Both the position numbers and the translations under genes were made by a program. A stretch of DNA of 64,000 nt, from IMG/VR virus record IMGVR_UViG_3300037247_001786, positions 320,001 through 384,000 of that record; one strand, written 5' to 3'. The notes below the pieces were generated by a model, which was not told the origin of the DNA, made no database searches, and saw only the letters and a program-made list of their open reading frames with translations. Below, piece by piece: positions 48,552 through 57,078 of this stretch. Source of the DNA: a virus (lineage: Duplodnaviria > Caudoviricetes). Each line of letters begins with the position of its first letter. Within the stretch, counting starts at the first letter, position 1.

Positions 48552-49232
48552 ATGAGTGACGTAGTAAGAGATTATTCAGATGTCAAGGACACAGTAGAGT
48601 TATCTATTGGTGATCGCACCAAGATAACTAATCGCAGAGGAAACGTTATCACTCCTCGCAAATACCATATGGCAGATGATCAGATAGAGGAAGCACGTAA
48701 TCGCTGGAGAGAGTTGATAAAAGATGTTCCTGCTTCTATTCGCCATAAGGCCAGGCGATCGTTCTTTAATCCATTTAGGGTTAATGGTTCTTATTTTGGT
48801 CAAGTTCAAGCACTGTATCTACTTGGTGCTAATGAGTGGCATACTTACTCATCTGTTCGTGGTAAGATGCAGGAGGACATGAGTACCCGTAAGAGTCCTC
48901 TCAACACTTTGAATAGTTGGGAGAAATTTGCTACTAGGAGTGCTCGTGAGGGAGCTACTTCTACTAAAGATTTAATGGGTAGAATAGTTAGTAACTTCCG
49001 TACTCTTCAGCGTTTAGGTGGCACTAACCCTTATGGTTATAAGCTTAAGCAGTTGTTATCGAGTGTTGATGCTCGTCGTAGAGTGGATAGTATTTGGGAG
49101 TTTAGGTTAGATACTACTTGGACTGATATGGACTTGGTTAAGCCTTTTTATGATATATCTGCTTATGTTGTTCCTAAAGGTAAGAAGGTTGATACTGTAG
49201 TAGTTTCTACAGATGTTCCAGTTGTTGACTGA
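48552..49232 (+). CDS. Hypothetical basic protein adjacent to putative origin
   Basis: ATG with GGAGAG RBS; R/K-rich. Confidence 0.65.
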   Translation: MSDVVRDYSDVKDTVELSIGDRTKITNRRGNVITPRKYHMADDQIEEARNRWRELIKDVPASIRHKARRSFFNPFRVNGSYFGQVQALYLLGANEWHTYSSVRGKMQEDMSTRKSPLNTLNSWEKFATRSAREGATSTKDLMGRIVSNFRTLQRLGGTNPYGYKLKQLLSSVDARRRVDSIWEFRLDTTWTDMDLVKPFYDISAYVVPKGKKVDTVVVSTDVPVVD

Positions 49233-49631
49233 TTGGGAGAGTATGCACTGAATTGGGTATACCCTTTTTCTTTTCCGCGAAAAAATGGGTTTTAAGGGTA
49301 AAAACAATGATTAAGTACTATTTAAAAAGATATGGTTATGCGGCATGGTTAGGTCTTGCACTGGGTATGTTCGCCAATATAGGTATATTTGATATTGATT
49401 TCTGGCTTATTCTTGTGCCTTTTTACTTCTTACTAGGTTGGAGAGATCAATGATTGAAGCACTGATTAAGATATTATGTATATGGTGTATCCTTGGTTTT
49501 ATAGCCCCTATGCTCACTCCTGACCCTGAAACAAAGAAGGGGGCTATTATCCAGTTAATAACTTTTGGTCCCATTATGTGGGCTTGTGTAGGCGTAAGTA
49601 CGTTAATTGATATTTTTTCGCGGATAAAAAA

Positions 49632-49943
49632 ATGGCTAAATGGTTAAAAATTCCCAAGACATATGGTGGACTTCAGGATAATATTGCCTATGAGAAGGCA
49701 TTATCTACTCCCACTAAAGAAGAGAAGATGATAAGTCTATTTAATTTTAGCACCAAAATCTTTAAGTTCTTATCTTGCCTATGGTTAGCACTGATTATCT
49801 TAGGTTTTAGTTTAATGTCTCTTGCACCGAAAGTAGCTGGAGTTATAGGAGCTACAGGTAGTTTCCTCTTTGTAGTTAATTTTATTAGTTATATTTGTTT
49901 AATAATGATGATATTGTATATGAAAGGTCTAAGTAATGAGTAA
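49632..49943 (+). CDS. Membrane protein
   Basis: Two C-terminal TM. Confidence 0.5.
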   Translation: MAKWLKIPKTYGGLQDNIAYEKALSTPTKEEKMISLFNFSTKIFKFLSCLWLALIILGFSLMSLAPKVAGVIGATGSFLFVVNFISYICLIMMILYMKGLSNE

Positions 49944-50157
49944 CATAATTGAATGGATTAAAGACAAAGATAATGAGTTAGTGGCTACTATTGTCCTCTT
50001 TGTAGTTGGGATATTAATAGTACTGTTTGGAGTTATATCTATTGCACTGACAAGTTCAGGGATATTTATTGTCTTTGGATCCTTGTTAATGCTAATGGGT
50101 GTTATAATTGTAATATTCGGGTTCGTTACTCTGATGGAGTTCCTAGGCGGTCTATAG
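49936..50157 (+). CDS. Membrane protein
   Basis: Two TM. Confidence 0.5.
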   Translation: MSNIIEWIKDKDNELVATIVLFVVGILIVLFGVISIALTSSGIFIVFGSLLMLMGVIIVIFGFVTLMEFLGGL

Positions 50158-50169
50158 CACTGAATAGGA

Positions 50170-50271
50170 AACCACTATATGTAGCGGTGCAGACTACCCC
50201 CAATACCCACTACATATAGTACATACAACATATGGTGGGTATGCAATGGGTAATACCCACTACATATAGTA
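50170..50271. repeat. Four-copy alternating-orientation CCCACTACATATAGT-type repeat
   Basis: 20-bp AATACCCACTACATATAGTA at 50202 and 50252; partial inverted copies at ~50170 and ~50229. Confidence 0.7.
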
Positions 50272-50287
50272 TATTGAAAGGTAAAAA

Positions 50288-50513
50288 GATGCAAAAAATT
50301 GCAAAATGGTTAAGAGATGAAGTTATCTATAAGTTAGTAGCTAGTGTTTTCATGTTTTTGGGTGGAATTTCTACTCTATTTATAGCTATTCACTTTTGTA
50401 ATAATTCTAAAATTGGTATGGGAGTAGTTCTCCTTATATTAGGTTTAGTTTTTAGTGTTCTTGGGATTATTCCTTTGATATCTAAGTGGTGTAATTGGCA
50501 GGATATAGAATAA
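50288..50513 (+). CDS. Membrane protein
   Basis: ATG after AAAGG; two TM. Confidence 0.45.
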
Positions 50514-50882
50514 ATGAGTGATTCTATTCAGGATAGTTATCAAGATGGTCATGAATCTTATTATGACGATATATTAAGATATAAGAATCCTTATAGTGGA
50601 TTGGAGTCTGAGTCTTGGTTTCGTGGTTGGGATGAAGCTGAAGAGTATCATCGGTTATTCACTGATAATCAGACCTTCAGGGATCAGATTAAAGAGTTAA
50701 AAGAAGAGATAAAAGAGTTAGAAGATAGTGTTAGTGGGTTCAAGAAAAGTATGATCCAGATTAATACAAATATATTATCTTCTATAGATCACATAAGAAA
50801 GAGTAAGTTTCTTTATTTTCACCGCGAAAAATTGGTATCTAAGCTTAAAAATATAAATTTGCCAGAGTGTGAAAAAAGCTAA
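50514..50882 (+). CDS. Hypothetical protein with coiled coil
   Basis: Y.DG...NPY.......W.RGW pattern. Confidence 0.55.
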   Translation: MSDSIQDSYQDGHESYYDDILRYKNPYSGLESESWFRGWDEAEEYHRLFTDNQTFRDQIKELKEEIKELEDSVSGFKKSMIQINTNILSSIDHIRKSKFLYFHREKLVSKLKNINLPECEKS

Positions 50883-50891
50883 TTTATAGAG

Positions 50892-51731
50892 TTGTATAAT
50901 AAATATGCGGAGAGAGAAATGTACCAATCGTTAAATAGTATAAAATATGTAGAAGTATCCCGTTTATCGACTGGTATACCTGAATTAGATTGGATATATG
51001 GAGGAGATGGTACTAATGTAGGTCTCCCTCAAGGTAAGATAAGTTTATGGAGTGGTCCATCAGGTTGTGGTAAGAGTAGGTCATTAATTACTCTTTCTAA
51101 GAAAATGAGTTCCGCTGGTCATAACGTTCTTTACTTTCAGAATGAAGTTAATTTGAGTGATTTTCGTTCTTGGGCAGGCAATGAACCCTTGGCTCCGAAT
51201 CTTTATGCATCGGATACAACTACTTTGGCTGGACAAGTAGATGAGATAACGAAGAGCAAAGCAAGAGTTGCTATCATTGATAGTATCGGATTGATTAAGG
51301 AATTCAAGACAGGACATGAGACTAATGTAAGAAACATTTATGCTCATTACCGTGCATTAACTAAAAAGACTGGTGTTCATGTTATCTTTGTTTGTCAGTT
51401 GAATAGTAATTATAAGATAAAAGGTTCATCTGAAATCCTGTATTTAGCTGATATTTCAGTTGATTTAGACAGGCATGTAGTTAATAAGAAGATAATTAAG
51501 AACCACTTTGTGATAGGCATCAATGGTCGTAATGGTGGTAAACATCGTTATGGCGAGATGGGCGATGACATAACTACTCTTTGGAGGTATTCTCCTGGTG
51601 GAGCTATATGTATCTCTAATAATAGGGGATCCTCTGATATAGTTCCTTATGGTCATATTGATAAAAAGGTAGTTGATACTGTTTCTGGATCTACTTTCTT
51701 TGTGCCGAAACTAAATTTTAAATTTGCTTGA
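50892..51731 (+). CDS. RadA/Sms-like RecA-fold ATPase lacking Zn finger and Lon-like domain
   Basis: STGIPELDWIYGG, GPSGCGKS, IIDSI, G.....YLAD, KHRYG (cf. KNRFG). Confidence 0.8.
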   Translation: MYNKYAEREMYQSLNSIKYVEVSRLSTGIPELDWIYGGDGTNVGLPQGKISLWSGPSGCGKSRSLITLSKKMSSAGHNVLYFQNEVNLSDFRSWAGNEPLAPNLYASDTTTLAGQVDEITKSKARVAIIDSIGLIKEFKTGHETNVRNIYAHYRALTKKTGVHVIFVCQLNSNYKIKGSSEILYLADISVDLDRHVVNKKIIKNHFVIGINGRNGGKHRYGEMGDDITTLWRYSPGGAICISNNRGSSDIVPYGHIDKKVVDTVSGSTFFVPKLNFKFA

Positions 51732-51894
51732 AAAGTGAAATTAGATATATTATAGTGTTGTTATGTTACGAAGGGGTGGTACCCTAGAGAGATGTAAAAA
51801 CTAATTTGTGATGAACCCATCCCTTAGCGGGGAATGGCTGAAAGTCACCGTTAAACTCGCATGACCAAATGCTCGTAATATTTTAAAAAAAGCT

Positions 51895-51922
51895 TTGAAA
51901 GTGATTTATATTATGCTATAAT
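51895..51922 (+). promoter_or_regulatory. Sigma70-like promoter upstream of the RNA gene region
   Basis: TTGAAA GTGATTT...TGC TATAAT. Confidence 0.75.
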
Positions 51923-52185
51923 GCATTTTCGAGTCAAGGGCAAGAGATTGTTGCTTGGCAGTGATTTTATTTTTTCAGCGATTTAAAATTACAACAGAAA
52001 CTAGGTAATAGGGTCTGAACATAAACCCTATCATCTTTAAAAAATATTATTTTAGTTAAAGTTATTTTAGTTAAAGTGACGATATAGTAGTATATCAACG
52101 ATATGCCGATAAGTGAGAGACGACTTGGGGCGTCGATGCCGAGAGATAGCCGTCCGACATATTTGTTGATGAATAGTAGTATACT

Positions 52186-52258
52186 GACGTAGTAACAGTA
52201 GGGTTAAGGTTGTTGATTTCGGTTAACTTCTTGGGCAGTTCGAATCTGTCCTACGCCA
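52186..52258 (+). tRNA. Degenerate tRNA-like gene (possible Arg TCG)
   Basis: GACGTAG/CTACGCC acceptor, GGCAG-TTCGAAT-CTGTC T arm, no D stem, 6-nt anticodon loop. Confidence 0.45.
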
Positions 52259-52523
52259 TTGATGGTACTGAGGATGAGATAGGAAATAAGGTTGACTAAT
52301 CTTATCTTAGGGTAGATTCTTTCGAGGCTATTTGAAAACGTTGTAAGTACGGAATAAAGTGATAGATAGAATAGAATCGAGATGGTAGCTTCAACCGATT
52401 GTTGACGATGTTAACCCTTACAACAATCCCTTGAGGTGTGTAGGTATTATCATTTATAACGATGAAGATATAGACTAAGTAGGTCGCACCTATTGGAGGG
52501 TCACTCCCTTCCATCGTTGCCAA

Positions 52524-52611
52524 GACGAAGAAACAGTAGGGTTTAGCCTCAATGACTCCGGGTCAACCGGACGTATTTGAGGAATGGGGAGTTCGAATCT
52601 CTCCTTCGTTA
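52524..52611 (+). ncRNA. tRNA-like RNA with elongated anticodon arm
   Basis: GACGAAG/CTTCGTT, GGGAG-TTCGAAT-CTCTC, CCTCAA/TTGAGG capped by TCCGG-GTCAA-CCGGA. Confidence 0.6.
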
Positions 52612-52685
52612 TTATTAGTTGGTGTCGTCTAAATCTGGCAGGTAACACAAGGGCATGCTCTGAATAACTTGTCCAACTGATTAGA

Positions 52686-52771
52686 TACGAAGTATGTACG
52701 CTCTTCGGAGTAGGATAGTTGGCTTATTCTTGCAAGAAGGTCAACTGTGGGTTCGACTCCCACCTTCGTAG
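52686..52771 (+). ncRNA. tRNA-like RNA with TTCG hairpin in D position and elongated anticodon arm (CT TGC AA)
   Basis: TACGAAG/CTTCGTA, GTGGG-TTCGACT-CCCAC, AGTTGGC/GTCAACT. Confidence 0.6.
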
Positions 52772-52957
52772 TTTAAGTATAGTATTATCCGCCACCGTCG
52801 AATACTTTTAGTATTTGTGGGAGAATTTTATTATACTTATGATAGCTGCCTTCGGGCTAGGGATTTATAACCCCGATGAGAAACCAAGTTATAATGGATT
52901 TAGTAACATAGTTATTAGAGTGAACTATCTGTCCTATAGGGACTAATAATTATATAT

Positions 52958-53040
52958 TGCAAAAAGTAGTTTAATTATGGTAAAATGCCGTTGTTACGCT
53001 TAGCGATGCGGGTATGAAGGTTCGAATCCTTTCTGAGCAA
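52958..53040 (+). pseudogene. Degenerate tRNA (possible Arg ACG)
   Basis: GAAGG-TTCGAAT-CCTTT T arm, CGTTG TT ACG CT TAGCG arm, poor acceptor stem. Confidence 0.35.
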
Positions 53041-53482
53041 TATAATTTTAAAAAATAAAAAAGGATTTATTTCGATAGTTTCGGAATAGAGTATTAATAG
53101 TAATTTAAATAGGATTAACAAAAGATGACTAACCTAAAGCATAATTTATCAGTATCTTGGCATTGTATGAGTATAACACTCAGACAACAGGCTATTTATA
53201 GCTTGGTCCCTGCCAATTTTGCGTCAGATAAAGAACGCGATGGTTAGCCGCTTTTGAATATATATACCCCATTTCAAAGGCGACTACCGAAAAGTAGTTG
53301 CCTTTTTTTTATGGAAAAATATAAAATGGATAAAATGATAAATAATATAGTTAAAGAGCTAAAGAGAAAAGAAGATATAAGAATCTTCTATCGTTTAGCT
53401 GCTAAATATGGTTTCTATGAAGGGAACCCGATCGTGACTAGAACGATCAAAAGAAAACCGTGTAGCTTATGTAATTAAATTT

Positions 53483-53553
53483 ACCCGATTAGCTGAGTGG
53501 CTTAGCACTTGTTTTACATGCAGGGGAGAGTGGTTCGATTCCACTATTGGGTA
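53483..53553 (+). tRNA. tRNA-Val(TAC)
   Basis: ACCCGAT/ATTGGGT; loop TT TAC AT; TTCGATT. Confidence 0.85.
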
Positions 53554-53694
53554 TTATGAAATGTAGAAAATGTAAAAAAGATTTTGTAGTAGGAATAAAT
53601 GGTAGTAGTCATAGACACTGTAAGAGGTGTAGGGGGTTGCTTCCATAAGGTAAAGAGAATTTTACCTTTAAGCTATTTGAAATTTAGATATTAA

Positions 53695-53766
53695 GGCCCG
53701 TTCTTCTAGAGGTTAGGATCTTAGGCTTTCATCCTGAAGACAGGAGTTCGATTCTCCTACGGGCTA
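53695..53766 (+). tRNA. tRNA-Glu(TTC)
   Basis: GGCCCGT/ACGGGCT; loop CT TTC AT. Confidence 0.88.
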
Positions 53767-53804
53767 TTTGCCAGAGTAGAAAAAAATCTCTATTATGGCA
53801 ATAC

Positions 53805-53876
53805 GGAGATGTAGCTCAGTGGTAGAGCGTTGCCCTGAAGAGGCAAGCGTGGGTGGTTCGATTCCACTCGTCTCCA
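53805..53876 (+). tRNA. tRNA-Phe(GAA)
   Basis: GGAGATG/CGTCTCC; loop CT GAA GA. Confidence 0.9.
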
Positions 53877-53922
53877 TTTAGTTCTTTAAAAAGTAAATAG
53901 AGTTATAAACAATAATACATAT

Positions 53923-53993
53923 AGTTGTGTACTTTAACTGGCAAAAGCGACCGCTTGTGGCGACGTATATGGGTTCGAGTCCCATTATGATTA
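53923..53993 (+). tRNA. tRNA-Thr(TGT), degenerate
   Basis: D and T arms intact; anticodon stem mismatched, wobble-rich acceptor. Confidence 0.5.
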
Positions 53994-54006
53994 TATGTAT
54001 ATTATT

Positions 54007-54078
54007 AGTCCTATGGTGTATCGGTTTGCATGGAAGACTTTGAATCTTCAGGGTTAGGTTCGATTCCTAATAGGACTG
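54007..54078 (+). tRNA. tRNA-Gln(TTG)
   Basis: AGTCCTA/TAGGACT; loop CT TTG AA. Confidence 0.9.
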
Positions 54079-54132
54079 TATCCAGTATGACGAAATTACT
54101 ATGTCGAGGGTAGTCCCTTACTGGATTTTTAT

Positions 54133-54203
54133 AGGTCGGTAGTGTAATGGTAGCACGGCGGTCTCCAAATCCGCAAATTAGGGTTCGACTCCCTACCCTC
54201 CTG
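54133..54203 (+). tRNA. tRNA-Trp(CCA)
   Basis: Loop CT CCA AA; two acceptor mismatches. Confidence 0.8.
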
Positions 54204-54206
54204 TTT

Positions 54207-54295
54207 GAAGAGGTAGCTCAGTTTGGTAGAGCGTCAGTCACGTCTGGCCAGACTATGAAATCTGAAGGTCGCAGGTTCGAATCCTGCCCTCTTCA
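54207..54295 (+). tRNA. tRNA of undetermined identity with 15-nt hairpin insertion in the anticodon loop
   Basis: Perfect GAAGAGG/CCTCTTC, GCTC/GAGC, GCAGG-TTCGAAT-CCTGC; 22-nt loop containing GTCTGGCCAGAC. Confidence 0.75.
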
Positions 54296-54298
54296 TTT

Positions 54299-54372
54299 GG
54301 GTATGAAGCTTATGAGGTAAAGCACTCGGCTTTTAACCGAGAGTTTTGAGGGTTCGAATCCCTCTATACCCA
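54299..54372 (+). tRNA. tRNA-Lys(TTT)
   Basis: CTCGG CT TTT AA CCGAG. Confidence 0.9.
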
Positions 54373-54378
54373 TTTTAG

Positions 54379-54450
54379 CTCTTTGTAGTATAATGGCAAA
54401 CATACATGGTTTGGGACCATGTGATGGAGGTTCGATTCCTCCCAAAGAGA
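54379..54450 (+). tRNA. tRNA-Pro(TGG)
   Basis: CATGG TT TGG GA CCATG. Confidence 0.88.
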
Positions 54451-54536
54451 TTGTTTATTCCGGTTAACAATTAAAGGAGTTTACCATTATATATCGAATA
54501 TATAAATAGAACATTATTTATATAGGAGACATTTAG

Positions 54537-54944
54537 ATGAGATACTCTAAAAAGAGATTAGCTATGGGAGAAGAAGACTGGGTAGAATACCAAAAAGAGA
54601 GAAAAAATAACAAAGCTAAACATTGGAAAAGGAAAAACGCTGATAAAGTAGTGAATTGGAGGCGAAGAGCCAAAATTAAACTTATTCACTATAAAGGTGG
54701 TAAATGTTTAAAATGTGGATATAATAAGGAAATAGCTTCAGCTTATGATTTCCACCATAGAGACCCCTCTGAAAAAGAATTTGGAATAGGAGGAAAAACT
54801 CTTGCCCTGGAAAAATTAAAAAAAGAAGCTGATAAGTGTGATTTATTGTGTAAGCTATGTCATATGGAGATACACGAAGAAGAATATCAAGAACAAAGAG
54901 AGAGAACTATTAAGGAATGGTCAGCACTAGCTGACAGAATATAG
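54537..54944 (+). mobile_element. HNH endonuclease within tRNA array
   Basis: GGKCLKCGY...DFHHRDP..KEF...KCDLLCKLCH.E.H. Confidence 0.85.
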
Positions 54945-54948
54945 ATTT

Positions 54949-55038
54949 ACCCAGGTACGCTAATTAGGTAAGCGGAATGGCTGTTAACCATTTGTATCCC
55001 GTTCAATCGGTATGGAGGTTCGATCCCTCCCTTGGGTG
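54949..55038 (+). tRNA. tRNA-Asn(GTT) with long variable region
   Basis: AATGG CT GTT AA CCATT; 21-nt variable region with CCG-TTCAAT-CGG hairpin. Confidence 0.85.
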
Positions 55039-55040
55039 TT

Positions 55041-55118
55041 AAGAAAACTGTCGTCTAAAGTCATAGGACACCGGGTCGTAATCCCGGAAATGCAATTTAA
55101 TGCACTGTGGGTTTTCTT
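55041..55118 (+). pseudogene. tRNA remnant with degenerate T arm
   Basis: AAGAAAAC/GTTTTCTT, D arm, CCGGG TCGTAAT CCCGG; no TTCG loop. Confidence 0.4.
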
Positions 55119-55122
55119 TTTT

Positions 55123-55193
55123 AGTCCTTTGGTGTAACGGTAGCATAGAACACTCTGAATGTTTTGGCGAAGGTTCGAATCCTTCGAGGACTT
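55123..55193 (+). tRNA. tRNA-Gln(CTG)
   Basis: GAACA CT CTG AA TGTTT. Confidence 0.88.
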
Positions 55194-55197
55194 TTTT

Positions 55198-55257
55198 GGG
55201 ATAGTTAAAAGTGGGAGCCTGCCGCGGAAGTTAAGGGTTCGAGTCCCTTCTATTCCA
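55198..55257 (+). ncRNA. 60-nt truncated tRNA-like RNA (acceptor and T arm intact)
   Basis: GGGATAG/CTATTCC, AAGGG-TTCGAGT-CCCTT; short middle containing CT GCC. Confidence 0.55.
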
Positions 55258-55445
55258 TTTTATAACTCTATGTTATATCGTAATATGTTACGAGTTATAT
55301 CTGAAATTAGATGCGTTAACTCGTCATATTATGTATTGTTCCTTTACAAGTTAATAGTGAGTATATCCAAAAAATGTTAAACACCTCTCTAGAGGATGCT
55401 AACACTAAATAGGGTTCCCCTGTTTTCTTTAGATCCTCTAGTTTT

Positions 55446-55518
55446 GGCTCTATAGTTCAATTGGCTAGAACGCACGACCGATAATCGTGTAATCCAGGTT
55501 CAAGTCCTGGTGGAGCTA
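55446..55518 (+). tRNA. tRNA-Ile(GAT)
   Basis: CACGA CC GAT AA TCGTG. Confidence 0.88.
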
Positions 55519-55522
55519 TATT

Positions 55523-55595
55523 GGGGGGTTCATTGCTAACGGGAAGCAGCCTGCTTTGCACGCAGGAAATAAGGGTTCGATTCCCTTACTCTCCA
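55523..55595 (+). tRNA. tRNA-Ala(TGC)
   Basis: Loop TT TGC AC; G3:U70. Confidence 0.9.
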
Positions 55596-55738
55596 TTTTT
55601 GGAACAGGTACAGAGTATTTAGTGTTAATTTACTTAGAAATTGTCGCGAAGAGTAGATGAGTAGTAGATAATACATTCTCAAGGGCAATACGAGAGTCAC
55701 TTATTTATTAGCAATAGGTACCAACTGTTCCAGTTTAA

Positions 55739-55810
55739 CGCGATATCGTATAACGGCTAGTACACCAGGTTGTCAACCTGTAAATCGGAGTTCGATTCTC
55801 CGTATCGCGA
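55739..55810 (+). tRNA. tRNA-Asp(GTC)
   Basis: CGCGATA/TATCGCG; loop TT GTC AA. Confidence 0.9.
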
Positions 55811-55823
55811 TTTAGTTTTTTAA

Positions 55824-55907
55824 GGGAGTACGCCAGAGTTGGAGAGCTGGGGCAGATTGTAAACCTGTTGCTTAACCGCTGAGTAGGTTCGAATCCTATT
55901 GCTCCCA
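55824..55907 (+). tRNA. tRNA-Tyr(GTA)
   Basis: Loop TT GTA AA; long variable arm. Confidence 0.88.
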
Positions 55908-55921
55908 TTTAACATTTTAGC

Positions 55922-56035
55922 GGGAACGCTGACATTAATATAGAAATATGATTAAGCTTTATGTGGCGAGTCAGCCTATAATCGTATGTATAGGTACTTT
56001 TGATAGTTATGTAGGTTCGAATCCTGCCGTTCCCA
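55922..56035 (+). ncRNA. 114-nt tRNA-like RNA with greatly expanded D loop
   Basis: GGGAACG/CGTTCCC, CTGAC..36 nt..GTCAG, CCTATA/TATAGG, GTAGG-TTCGAAT-CCTGC. Confidence 0.65.
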
Positions 56036-56048
56036 TTTTTGTAACACT

Positions 56049-56133
56049 GGATGAGCAAGCAGATTGGTGACTGCACTTCTTTGCTAAAGAAACGAGCGTA
56101 ATTGCCTTGTAGGTTCGATTCCTATCTCATCCG
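56049..56133 (+). tRNA. tRNA-Ser(GCT)
   Basis: Loop TT GCT AA; long variable arm; G73. Confidence 0.88.
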
Positions 56134-56136
56134 TTT

Positions 56137-56229
56137 GGAATGCGTGGTAACTATTGGTAGGTTGCGTTAGTCTTGAAAACTAAATTGCCTCGTTGAGGGG
56201 TAATAAGGGTTCGATTCCCTTCCATTCCG
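56137..56229 (+). tRNA. tRNA-Ser(TGA)
   Basis: TTAGT CT TGA AA ACTAA; long variable arm. Confidence 0.88.
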
Positions 56230-56238
56230 TTTAGCACT

Positions 56239-56322
56239 GGATAGGCATTAGATTGGCGACTTACTTCGCTTGGAAAGCGTGTGTTCCGCAAGGGCTTACA
56301 GGTTCGAATCCTGTTCTATCCG
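56239..56322 (+). tRNA. tRNA-Ser(GGA)
   Basis: Loop TT GGA AA; long variable arm. Confidence 0.85.
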
Positions 56323-56655
56323 TTTTTTATAACACTATATCAGTAGTTATAGCACTGTATAGTATAGTAATTTGCCAGAGTGTGAAAAATGTGTTATTAG
56401 TAAGAAAAAGAGGTATTTTTCTTTATTTTCGCGAAAAAATAGTTTGTAAGTGAAAAGTATTTTGATATAATAAAATAAGTAGGAGAATAATATGGCAAAA
56501 AAGATAAAAACTACTGAAGCAAGTAGAGAAGCGAGAATCAATATGGCTATGTCTATGAGATGTATGGCTTCTAAAATGTTGAAAAAGTCTGATGAAGAGG
56601 ATCGTATAGCACGGCAAAAGATAAATCAACTTAGAGATAAAAGAAAGTAATTGAT

Positions 56656-56727
56656 TGCGGGGTAGAGCAGTGGCAGCTCGTCAGCCTCATAAGCTGGAGG
56701 TCGGTGGTTCGAATCCACCCTCCGCTA
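56656..56727 (+). tRNA. tRNA-Met(CAT), initiator-like
   Basis: 1:72 mismatch, GAGC/GCTC D stem, loop CT CAT AA. Confidence 0.85.
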
Positions 56728-57006
56728 TTTTAAATTGAAATCCTGTTTGTTACATAGGGACATGAATAAGGCTTGAGCTGGACGCACCGGCAAAGAGATA
56801 AGATACAGTCATGTAGTCGCCATAGAGTATAAGGGTAAAATGCGAATAAATCCCGGATAGCAAGTGGCTCCTGGAATACTGGCGTATTAAATCCTGCCAG
56901 AAACTGAGATATCACGTTGTGTAACAGGTAGACCTTTGTGTGTGGGTATAGGACAAAACACTCAACTTCTTAACACCATATTGCGGAGGATCGCAAAAAG
57001 GTTTAT

Positions 57007-57078
57007 GGCTATATGGTATAATGGCAATTACGCTTCTTTCATACGGAAGAAAATCTGGTTCAATTCCAGGTATAGCTA
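57007..57078 (+). tRNA. tRNA-Met(CAT), elongator-like
   Basis: CTTCT TT CAT AC GGAAG. Confidence 0.8.

Noticed and set aside
50170-50271. Possible mini CRISPR array
   Set aside because: Only two exact copies, others inverted and partial; no cas genes; kept as a plain repeat
51760-53250. tmRNA, RNase P RNA or riboswitch in the long non-coding stretch
   Set aside because: Several hairpins are present, but no G3:U70 tRNA-like ends with tag ORF, no RNase P P4 signature and no recognisable aptamer consensus; needs an Rfam scan
55922-56035. tRNA-Sec (selC)
   Set aside because: No TCA anticodon and acceptor is 7 bp
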